A DNA stretch of 64,000 bases from an uncultured Hormoscilla sp. Lineage in GTDB: Bacteria > Cyanobacteriota > Cyanobacteriia > Cyanobacteriales > Desertifilaceae. A program made the position numbers and the translations under genes. The stretch spans positions 5,376,001-5,440,000 of the forward strand of contig OZ001293.3 in the NCBI GenBank assembly GCA_963921275.4, given 5' to 3'. A model generated the notes under the pieces. It had not been told where the DNA came from and ran no database searches. It was given only the letters and a program-made list of their open reading frames with translations. Shown one piece after another: positions 54,582 through 64,000 of the stretch. Every line of letters starts with the position of its first letter. Positions within the stretch are counted from its first letter, which is position 1.

Positions 54582-55565
54582 TTAACCGAGAAGTATTGGG
54601 GGCGGGGCCACTGTACTGAGGACAGTCATGGGACCGCAATCTTTGAGGATCTGCATTTGCTGCTGGTTGCGGACTAGCAGGGCCCCAGCAAATCCCAGGG
54701 AGTTAACTGAAATTGATTGGAAATCTTCGCGCGATCGGGGGACGACGAGCATCCATTCCCTGGTAGCGAGGAGATTGTAGGCACCGGATTGCCTGTCGCC
54801 AGTTACCTCTATCCCTACAGCACCTAACAGATTATGATAGCACTGCTGGGTGATTTTAGCAGCCTCTTGGGGGGATTTTACCAGATCGGGGTCTCCCCGG
54901 GCGATCGCATGTCGGAACGGAAAGCTCGGTATCCTGCCCACGGTATCGTCAAATGTCGCCGATGCGATCGCCTCATCGATAGGTGTCTGAGGTCCGTCAC
55001 CGAGGGGCAGGGGGACAATTTGCAAATGCTTGTGTCGCTGACTAGCACCTGCAATTTTCCCACCATTATAAAATGCCAAGCACTCAAATTCAGCCATGCA
55101 AGCCCACATCGCCTCAAAATCATGCTCTGTGAGCCAGGTTTCCTGTTCCTCAAACGAGCGCGTGACTATCAGTATATGACTATCTACAACATTGTATTTA
55201 TTTAACAGACATAGGTGAGTCTCAGAAATGTCAGCAACAAACAGTTCCTCCTCGTAGGAAAGGAAGGGGTTAAATTCCTTACCCGAACTAGCGGTTTTCT
55301 TGTCTTGCTGCTTTTTGGCTGCATCCTTGCGGGCGAGGTTGGACAAGATGCGCACTAAAAAGCGAATACCAGAGTTTTCCACGAACTCGCACTCTGTTGG
55401 AATGGGTTGGAGGGCACCGCAGGCGAGTGCATGGGCGGTGCGTTCAGTTATCTTTTGCCACAAGCTGCCTGGTTGCAGCATCAAGATGTCCCGTGTAATT
55501 GGTTTTGACTCGGACATGGAAGTTCGATCGACTGTACTTGTGCCACTCTTTGATTTTAGCAGCAT
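54582..55565 (-). CDS. ATP adenylyltransferase (Ap4A phosphorylase family)
   Basis: FNPFL.YE, LLNKYNV, FYNGG.IAGASQRHKHLQ, NSLGFAG. Confidence 0.9.
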   Translation of the reverse strand: MLLKSKSGTSTVDRTSMSESKPITRDILMLQPGSLWQKITERTAHALACGALQPIPTECEFVENSGIRFLVRILSNLARKDAAKKQQDKKTASSGKEFNPFLSYEEELFVADISETHLCLLNKYNVVDSHILIVTRSFEEQETWLTEHDFEAMWACMAEFECLAFYNGGKIAGASQRHKHLQIVPLPLGDGPQTPIDEAIASATFDDTVGRIPSFPFRHAIARGDPDLVKSPQEAAKITQQCYHNLLGAVGIEVTGDRQSGAYNLLATREWMLVVPRSREDFQSISVNSLGFAGALLVRNQQQMQILKDCGPMTVLSTVAPPPILLG

Positions 55566-55611
55566 TATCTAGCGGTTTCAAATCCTTCACTACGCTTTTA
55601 ACCCGCCTTCA

Positions 55612-55651
55612 GTGTCTCGTGGGAGCGCTACTCGCACTACCCACGAGACAC
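55612..55651 (+). repeat. Single hairpin element in a REP-like host repeat
   Basis: GTGTCTCGTGGG-AGCGCTACTCGCACTA-CCCACGAGACAC. Confidence 0.9.
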
Positions 55652-55831
55652 CGAAGGTTCAAACCCCCGGCTAATAGCTAAAGTCGGTTTTAACCGACTA
55701 ATAAATTTTGAAAAATTTTCCTCTACGTGAAATTAGATCGTAATCAATTTAATGTTTTATTGTGGACCATTTTTTCAAAATGGTATTACAATAATGGGTT
55801 GTCGGCAACCAGCGCAATTCACAATTAGCAA

Positions 55832-56293
55832 TTAACAATTCACAATTAACAAACCACGCTGAACTGCTTCCGCTAATGCTTCTGATTTTCGGAGCTGTCC
55901 GATCTGGTAAATTTGCATCAGGGCTAGTAGTTCCATTTGCTCTGCTTCAGTCAGTCCTGTAGCTTTCCCCCTTGCTTGCAGTTCGCCGAGGCGATCGTTT
56001 TGCACGGCATCCATCTTAGCATCGGCTAATTTTAGTACCTCTGCATCTGAAAGACTTGATACTGGTGGGTAAAAGCTACTATCCGGCTGACCCTCTAATG
56101 CGGACCATAGCATTGACAGTGTATCTGCGATCACCTCTGCTTCGATGTACTCCGGGCGCACTACATGCGCTGCGCGCACGCTGCGCGATCGTACTGCCCG
56201 TCGCACATCGACATCTCGCAGGGTGGCATTTCCCAGCCATTTCGCCTGTTCGACTACGCTTTCTGGCAATGCAATCGTTACTTCAACAGTCAT
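55832..56293 (-). CDS. Hypothetical protein with an in-frame 66-bp repeat insertion
   Basis: LSDAEVL.LAD, RKSEALAEAVQRGL; TCGA-flanked insert at 56142-56211. Confidence 0.75.
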   Translation of the reverse strand: MTVEVTIALPESVVEQAKWLGNATLRDVDVRRAVRSRSVRAAHVVRPEYIEAEVIADTLSMLWSALEGQPDSSFYPPVSSLSDAEVLKLADAKMDAVQNDRLGELQARGKATGLTEAEQMELLALMQIYQIGQLRKSEALAEAVQRGLLIVNC

Positions 56294-56519
56294 TGTTTAA
56301 TCTGTCCTAGAGTGCTTATCTCTAGTATACACCCCGATCGGGCGATCGTCTCCCTAATCTTAAATCGGCAGGTTCAAACCTGCCGCTACACAGACAAAGT
56401 CCGCCTGCGCGGACTATAATTGTTTGATAACTGTTCTTCGGGATTTTATCTCATGGGTCGATCGCTGTTACACAAGGGCGGGATGAAGGGCGAGCGCCAA
56501 TTCTCAAAATTACCCTATT

Positions 56520-56858
56520 TCAGTCTTCATCTAGAGCCATAAAAGCTTCTTCAATCCTCCACAAATTATCTTTATTGTCAATCAACCACTTCCGACTTTC
56601 TGGGGTCAATTGTTCCCAAATTATTTCCATCGGCACGTGGGGAGATGCATATCGATACTTCTGCCCCAGGGATTTCAGATTTTTCTCAACTTCAGGAGGA
56701 ATATCAAACTCTTGCCAGTCAACTTCTAAATCTTTTCCCGAAACTCCGCCACCCGGGTTATCAACCACTTGTGCTACTCTGATGAAGTCTGCAAAATGTC
56801 TGGGTTTCAGTCCCGTTGTCTTCTGAATTTCCAGTGCTTTTTCTTTCTCTTGCGTCAT
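56520..56858 (-). CDS. Conserved hypothetical protein
   Basis: Intact 112-aa ORF. Confidence 0.65.
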   Translation of the reverse strand: MTQEKEKALEIQKTTGLKPRHFADFIRVAQVVDNPGGGVSGKDLEVDWQEFDIPPEVEKNLKSLGQKYRYASPHVPMEIIWEQLTPESRKWLIDNKDNLWRIEEAFMALDED

Positions 56859-56980
56859 GTTCGCTTATGGGTGAATATCAATCATCCATCTTTTATACGA
56901 TAACTCTTTCCCACCCCCCGATTTTTCCAACTTTCTTAATCTTTGCAGCAGTTGCGAGTCGATCGTAGGATGAACCAACA

Positions 56981-57490
56981 CTATTTCAGAACTATCTCCA
57001 TAAATACACAGTACTTTCGATATTCTTGAGGAATCTCACTTTCAGCATATGGCTCTATTTCTTGGAAGCCTAAGGAACGATAAAGCGCTTGTGCTTCTTT
57101 TGTGAAAGGGGTACTGTATAATCTAATTTTTTGGTAACAAATTTGACTAGCTGCGGCCATGATGGCTGTTAATAAAGACCGACCTATCTCTTGGCGGCAA
57201 TATTCATATCTCATGTACATTCTCTTAATCTCACCAACATCTTGACCAATCTTTTTCAGTCCAACGCAACCAACTATTTTCGTCTCATATTCTGCTAGAA
57301 ACAATCTTCCTGCCGGCGGAGCAAATTGATGGAGTTTAGCCATATCCTGCTCTAAGGTCGCCTGCATGTCAAAACTAATCTTAAATTCTCGGATGACCAT
57401 CCCATTAACTTATATCAGATATTCCCAGAACATTTCCTGCACGTGAGATTTATGTGCTTCGGTTTCTGCTTGAATAATCTTCACTTCCAT
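56981..57490 (-). pseudogene. GNAT acetyltransferase with an early in-frame TAA
   Basis: MEVKIIQ...EYLI*VNGMV; GEIKRMY; LYRSLGF. Confidence 0.8.
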
Positions 57491-57751
57491 CTATTACTTC
57501 TGTCCTAGATTGGGTATCTATAGTAGACAACATGAGCGGGCGTTTGTCCCCTTAATCTTAAATTAAGAAACCCGGTAATTCCGGCAAAACCGGGTTTCTG
57601 AGCTACTAGAGAATAGGCCCCGTGCGAAGAATCTCAAGCTCCTGACAAAGTCCGCCGTATTTTTCCCGCTCGCAACCCAAGCAGGCCATCCCCAAGACAG
57701 GGGATAGAGATTGCGATCGTTCCATTCTTGATGTCCTCGCAATCAATAAAA

Positions 57752-58397
57752 TTACAAGTCATAGAGATATTTAAACTAGTTAACAAATATCTGTGCATTT
57801 GGGTGGTTAGGATCTATAATTCGCTCCATAACACCATTATGCAGTTGGCGTCCTGGCGGATCTTGCCATGCTAGCCATGTGTGAATGTAAGCCTTGTCAG
57901 TCTGCTCTTATTTGAACGGCGCACCTTGATGTTTAGCTTCTTGAACTACCGACTGCGTGTAGGTCCACAGTAACTCACCTTGACTGGGAATCATATTAGC
58001 CAAAAACGTCTCAAGCATACCGCTTATCTTGTTATCTGGCAAAATCCAAACCCCGAACTTAACGCCAAAACTGGTGTTATGAATCAAACCTGTTTCCGGT
58101 ATCTGTTCGGGAATATCGGGAATGCTTCTCTTGCATGCATTCCGAATGCTTTGCCATCGACTTGCTGGATATTCGTCAGCATCGACCATTAGTCCTAAAA
58201 CAGAAAGTCCGGAGGCTTTCAACTCGGTATAAATTACGTCTGGATCGAGGATCAGGGTGACGCCACCATAAGATTTGATGTAGACATTCGGATTTTTTTT
58301 CTCTCCAAGAAATGCCATTAGCTTCAATCAATACTGGTATGACTCGCTTATCAGAGTCACCTTCTACTAAGAGCTTCTTTCTGTGCAGACCTGCCAT
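57752..58397 (-). pseudogene. DUF3226-like (TOPRIM-like) protein, broken
   Basis: LLVEGDSD, GLMVDAD, GMLETFL, WQDPPGRQLH; one frameshift and a stop. Confidence 0.75.
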
Positions 58398-58401
58398 ATA
58401 A

Positions 58402-59460
58402 TTAACGCACCTCTATACCACGTTCTGCAGCAATGGCGATTTCCCGTTCATTAAAGACTACCGCAGTTGTCTTGCCTTGCTCTATTCGTTGAATAGTAAT
58501 GCCATGCCGATCTACATTTTCATTGTTAGCGATGCTAGCTAAACTGGTCCAGCAGTCACTGTTATGGGTAGTCGCGAAAACCTGAACATCCAGCTTTATG
58601 GCTATTTCCCAGATGACTCTCCACATGTCAGACATAGTAGTAAAGTGAAGTCCACTGTCGATCTCGTCAACCAGTAACACTCCTCCTTGGGTGCATAGGA
58701 TCGCGAGTACGAGTCCCAGCATCCGCCAGACCCCATCTCCCATACTACCGATCGGTATGGGTTGGTTGCGATCGGAGCATCGTACCAAAAAACCACCGCG
58801 TTCTCTCCGTTCCCTAGTGCTATACCGAGATTTATCAGGACCAACTGAAGCGATGCGCTCAATTGTGGGTTCGATCGCCTGAAGCGTCTAGATCGCGATC
58901 GCCTCTTCGGGGGTCAATACAACCCGATCGAACATAGCAATAAGATTCGCTACTTCTAAGGAACACGGGGTTCAGAATTGCGTCTTCGTCACGCTGCCAA
59001 GTTTCCGCCACTTTCGGATATAATTGGTAGAAAGACCTGCACGGGGTTATCAAGGCAGCTTGATATCTTCTTCCACTTCCTGTCCAGTCCAGTTAACAAC
59101 CAGATTTAGTTCTCCTAAGTCTCTATCCTCATCCCAGTTTACTTGTTCGGACTGTTCTATGGGATGAATTGATGCCACCAGCTTCTCCTGATAGTTGCTA
59201 TGCACTCCCACTATCGATAATTTCCTGCCTGGTGCGGTATCCTGTCCGTAAAAAAGGTGACGAATGTCCAATTCCAAAGCGCCATTTTTCCTACTGTCTG
59301 TCTCAGTCTACCAATACTCTCCTCGGTAAGTCATTAACCGCTGAAGTGAAACCATATACGTGCGGAAGCAGAGGATTTGGATTGCTTCTAAAATCGAAGT
59401 TTTTCCGCTATTATCGTTCACCCCGATGGCAAGTGAATCTCTGGATGCATGCCACAGACT
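58402..59460 (-). pseudogene. AAA/ABC-type ATPase, fragmented
   Basis: NSGKTSILEAI, SMGDG, LLVDEIDSGLH, ATTH. Confidence 0.8.
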
Positions 59461-59748
59461 AACCTAGGATTTACGTAAGCGCTGACTACAAGAGTTCAAA
59501 GAAAAACTAGAGGCGACTCGCCTCTATTCGCAAAGGTGCAAAATGTAGTATATTTATTGTCAAGTCATCCTTAAAAAGCGGCAACTATCCTGGGAAATAT
59601 TTCCTCCGGGATATATTGTCCGATCGCCCCATAGATTGGCTGTATATGATAGAATATCATCAACATTTATAGTTTAAGCTATACTCGCAAAGGGATTGCG
59701 CTGCGCGCACGCTACGCGAACGACTTGCGCTTTTTTGCTAGATTGAAT

Positions 59749-59906
59749 GTGTCATTGCGAGGGGGGCCAACGCGAGATTACCTTGCACTCACGCGGCCAG
59801 TCCCCCGAAGCAATCTCCGGCGGTCGTGCCCTTTAGGAGATTGCTTCGGGGGGAGTCACTCAAGAGGCACAAGGATCTCTCAATTATCCCCCCCTCGCAA
59901 TGACAC
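59749..59906. repeat. Cruciform GTCATTGCGAG repeat, copy C (complete)
   Basis: All four conserved blocks present; 35- and 34-nt loops. Confidence 0.88.
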
Positions 59907-60115
59907 TATTGACCCCTTAAGCGTAGTTCCTGACCGTTCGGAGTATAGTTGTTAGGGCAATTAAATAACCAGAGGTGAACTGGAATTCAGATTGCTATAC
60001 TGTAACTGGGCATGAAAATTGCTATGGGAAGGCGGCGGACAGTTGGGAAGTGCCTTCAGACTTCGGACTAATTACCGCGTACATATACAGAGAAAGCGTT
60101 CAAAGGAAATAGACC

Positions 60116-61225
60116 ATGACAGAAAACACCAACAACTCTAATGGGAAGCATAATGATACTCAAACTGAAACTAGCGGAGAAAGTCTAACCAAGATTATCC
60201 GCAATCTCAACTCAGATAATAAAGAGGTTCGTAGCTAGGCTTTATGGAAGCTGTTCGCTCTCTGTTGGCATAAGAAAAAACAGTTGGATCGGGACGCATT
60301 TTTCCTGGTCCAATTTCTAGTTGAATGCCTGCAAAAGGAGTCGGAACCAGAAATATTAGACCTAATTCTCTTCCATCTGGCACACTTGGCGACGGTATCT
60401 CCTTGTCGTCCCACGCAGGTTGCTTTAGAATGGGTGCTTGCCACTTATGATGAAGTTTACGAAGGGATTGATATTTACCTGGATTTGCTCGCACACCCCT
60501 CGCCCCAAGTCAGAATTGCGGCAGCATACACCCTGTCCTGCTGCAAGTCAGAGGTCGCCACCAGAATCTGTAGCCAATTGTCTAGACGGTTTGACGGCGA
60601 ACCGGATGTGATGGTAAGATCGACAATCCTGTTGTGTCTGGCATTTCTCAACGAGAAAATCTCTGTGAGTCCTGGGTTATTTGAGTCTATATTGAACTCA
60701 AAGGAAGAAGAAATTGTGAAGCTGGCGGGGGTCTGCGCCCTTGCCTATGTGACCGGGGAAAACATGCCGGACTACGCCTGTGACTTACTCGTGCATCTGT
60801 GGGACAAACCTCAATGGTTGAAAAGACTGGCTAATCACTACGATCGGAGAATGGTAAAAATTCATCGCCAGAGACTCGTGGACTTTATCAGACCTCTCGG
60901 TCATCGGCACGCTGGCCAGACGATCCCGGTTCTCTGGAAAGGGATACAATACTACCAATTTGAGGCGATCGATCTCGCTTTTGCAGAAATAGCTTTCGGC
61001 ATTGAAAAACTCCCAGAGGGAATCAGGATTCATGACTTGACAGATAACCAGCAACTGGTTTTAAGGTTAATTGCAGATACCACCAAAACCGGACAAGAAC
61101 CAATTTATAGGAAACGAACATTAAAGTTTATCGGCATTGGTCAAGTTTCTCCCAGTGATGGGTACTATGCGCGGAAAAAGCTCTTGAGCTTTCTCAATGG
61201 TGCGAAAGTGAAATATGATAAATAG
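60116..61225 (+). pseudogene. HEAT-repeat protein with stops near the N-terminus
   Basis: HPSPQVRIAAAYTL; TAG at 60236. Confidence 0.7.
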
Positions 61226-61310
61226 GAATGAGTCCGAATGGGGAGGCGATCTTGGCATCAAGAAACCCGGGTTTCTAGGCGACCGGTGAAGAGGCAGGAG
61301 GAAATAGACT

Positions 61311-63648
61311 ATGAGCGATCGTCGATTAACGGTATCTGTGAAATTTCCCAATAATGGTAAAGGTTGGTGTTTTTTACTGGCGGATATAGTCAATGATATC
61401 CGCCATCTCGCCTCAGACAATAAAAAGGTTAGGGAGAAGGCTTTATGGGATCTGTTTGAGCTATGCTGGCATCAGGGAACTTTGTATTGGCAAGCAGCTT
61501 TCGTCGCACCATTTCTAATTGAACGCCTCCCACATGAGTCAGAACCAGAGCTATTGGAGATAATTCTGTGGATTTTTGCACCGCTGGCGTGTCGGGAGGC
61601 CCTACTGGTAATACGTCTGAGGAACTCTATTGGGCCCGTGCCACTTATGGGCAAGTTTACAGAGAAATCGATGTTTACCTCGATTTGCTGGAACATTCCT
61701 CGTCCGAAGTTAGAATTGCAGCAATATACATGCTTGCATTCTGTAAGCGAGATGCTGCGATGATTGGCGATAAACTCGGTATAAATTTTCGCAACGAACC
61801 AGAAGAAATGGTGAGAGCAACCATTCCGTATTGTCTGGCATTTATCAGCGACAATACGCCTGTAGATACTATGTTTTTTGAGGAAATATTAAACTCAGAT
61901 GATGCCGAGATTGTGAAACTAGCCGCAGGGAACACTCTGGCCTATGTTGCTGGCGAAAATATGCCGGAGTATGCCTTGTCAATCCTCCAGCGTCTGTGGG
62001 AAAATACTAAGTTAGTGGATAGACTCGCTAAGCATTCCGATCCTATTGAAACAATTCATGACAAGAGATTACTAGACTTTTTGAAGCCTCTTAACGATCG
62101 GCAAATTGCTAAGATTATCCCCAGGATCTGGCAAGAATGGGGTGAATACTACCGCGATTTGGATGCGATCGAACTAGCTTTCGGAGACCTATTTAGGAAA
62201 AAGAAAAAAGCCGAGATCCTTGTTCTCAGGGACTTTCCCAATTTTGAATTTTGAATTTTGAATTTTGAATTGCTTACCCCCCCCTCGCAATGACGCCCTA
62301 TATCCAAAACCTTGAAGTATTGGGACTACCGGGACAAGAACAGCGATGGCGACGATCGTATGCCAGTAGTGCCGTGATTGATATGGCTGCTGATGGGTGG
62401 AAGTGATGCCAACTTGATGCAGTGAGTGCCGGTGCTTTTGGCTTCGGGGACCGGCTAATCCGGGATTGGGGCTGCGCAACAATACTCAAGTTATTCGCTG
62501 CGATATATAGTAGACTTTGGTGTTTATACCTTGGCGGATGATGGTGAAACACAGAATTTGTACGGCTATTTCAGTTGGGAGCCTACAATTGTCGTACAAT
62601 AAGTCTGTTTGCTTGAGCCGGTATAGTAGAGCGCAGAGCTTGTAGGGTGCGCCAGCGAAAGCGTAACGCACCAATTCCTACCACTATCATCTAAGGGCAA
62701 ACCGTTTTTAAAACGGTTTGCCCTTTTGAGAAAGGAGCGATCGCATCCTATAAGTTTCCTAACTTGGCTTGAGAGTACTGGCAAGCCAGATTAATGACCG
62801 TTAAAAAAACGCAAAGCTGCGATCGCTATTTCTCTGGGGATGGAGATGTTGCGATCGCACCCGAGATCTCGACTTGGAGAATTCCAGTCATAACAAAAAT
62901 AGTTACAACTCAGATACAACTCAGATACAACTCAGATACAACTCAGTCGATCTCGAGTTAAACCATTGCTCTCACCTGAAATGTAGGCTTTTCTGGAAAA
63001 ATCTAAGTCATAACGAAAACAGATACAAGTCAGATACAAGTCAGTCATTCTCGGGTTTGAACTCGGGTAGCTGTGGAGGGGTGTGGTCAAAACCAGTTGG
63101 TAAAGAAAAGGTAAAATTATGACGATTTCACTGGTTGATAAGCGGCTCCCGCCCGGCTTTGTATTATATTTACTACATGTAAACAGAAATTTAGTATTAC
63201 GTTCGCTACGATGTAATCTGTCAGCGTCGATCGCGTTTTGTATTATATACTACAAATAATCCGCAAATTTAGTATTACGTTCGCTACGATGTAATCTGTA
63301 AGCGTCGATCGCGTAGGCGTAGCCGTGTGCTCGGCGTCTCCACCGAAGCACTATTCGTACTACCCAGGAGACATCGGCAGCGCAATCCTTTTGGCCAGGA
63401 TATCAACTACTTTTGACCACACCCAGAAAAAACTCCCCGAGGGAACAACCATCCATGACTTGACAGATAGTCAGCAACTTGTGTTAAAGTTGATTGCAGA
63501 TGATACCAGTACTGGACAAGAAAGTCGTTACAGGTATACATTAGAATCGATCGGGATTAGCAGTCCAGTCCATCGAAAGGATGAGTCGTCTGCACGGGAA
63601 AATCTGATGCGCTTTCTCAATGGAGAGAAGCTGGAATATGATAGATAG
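61311..63648 (+). pseudogene. HEAT-repeat paralog, frameshifted and split by a 1.2-kb insertion
   Basis: Similar to the upstream gene throughout; resumes at KKLPEGTTIHDLTD after 63425. Confidence 0.8.
63079..63424. mobile_element. 346-bp element with GGGTGTGGTCAAAA TIRs
   Basis: Same TIRs as 51448-52105 with a different interior. Confidence 0.75.
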
Positions 63649-63661
63649 AGAGGTAGATATA

Positions 63662-63967
63662 ATGAATCAAAGACAGATAATTTCATCCCTATCGACAGAA
63701 GAACGAGAAAGTCTTGACAAAAGAATCAATTTACTAGCCATATCGGGAACTGTTCCTAAGTCTATTCAAGCGGAACTATTGGAATTAGAGAAGCGCTTAC
63801 AAACATTTGAATCCCAATATCAGATGTCGTCTGCAGAATTTTACCGCCGCTTTCGTGCCGGCGAGTTAGGTGATGCAATGGACTTTTTTGAATGGAGTGT
63901 ATTCTATGAAATGTGGATTAATTTTCCTGCACGGCCTTCGCCGCTTCCCGTTCCGCCTTTATCTTGA
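63662..63967 (+). CDS. Small hypothetical (antitoxin-like) protein
   Basis: FESQYQMSSAEFYRRFRAGELGDAMDFFEW. Confidence 0.6.
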   Translation: MNQRQIISSLSTEERESLDKRINLLAISGTVPKSIQAELLELEKRLQTFESQYQMSSAEFYRRFRAGELGDAMDFFEWSVFYEMWINFPARPSPLPVPPLS

Positions 63968-64000
63968 GAAGTCGTTTGACAACTGGGGGCGGATTTTGAT

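Overview
64-kb window from a cyanobacterium: HIP1 GCGATCGC is very frequent, and ndhB, CRR7, DUF3326 and the purK-6S RNA synteny are present. Gene content looks filamentous (inference). Housekeeping genes are intact (sbcC-like SMC, fur, ndhB, folK, cbiG/cobJ, purK, ferredoxin, msrA, ATP adenylyltransferase). Most signalling, defence, toxin-antitoxin, PKS and EPS genes are pseudogenes broken by stops, frameshifts, IS remnants (ISL3, IS5, IS4, IS1-like) and MITEs, a pattern consistent with genome erosion. The most unusual signals are non-coding. (1) A ~45-bp hairpin element with co-varying stems and a conserved AGCGCTANTCGCACTA loop appears to insert into its own loop, forming an 8-level nest at 27871-28230 and in-frame insertions in genes. 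(2) Cruciform repeats carry five mutually unrelated 34-37-nt loops. (3) Two near-identical ORF-less group II introns are present. (4) GGGTGTGGTCAAAA-ended non-autonomous elements carry repeat cargo. Also present are a GC-rich PLP decarboxylase and a folM-folX-folK cluster. No CRISPR array, tRNA or rRNA was found. All family calls come from motif recognition by eye; no searches were run.
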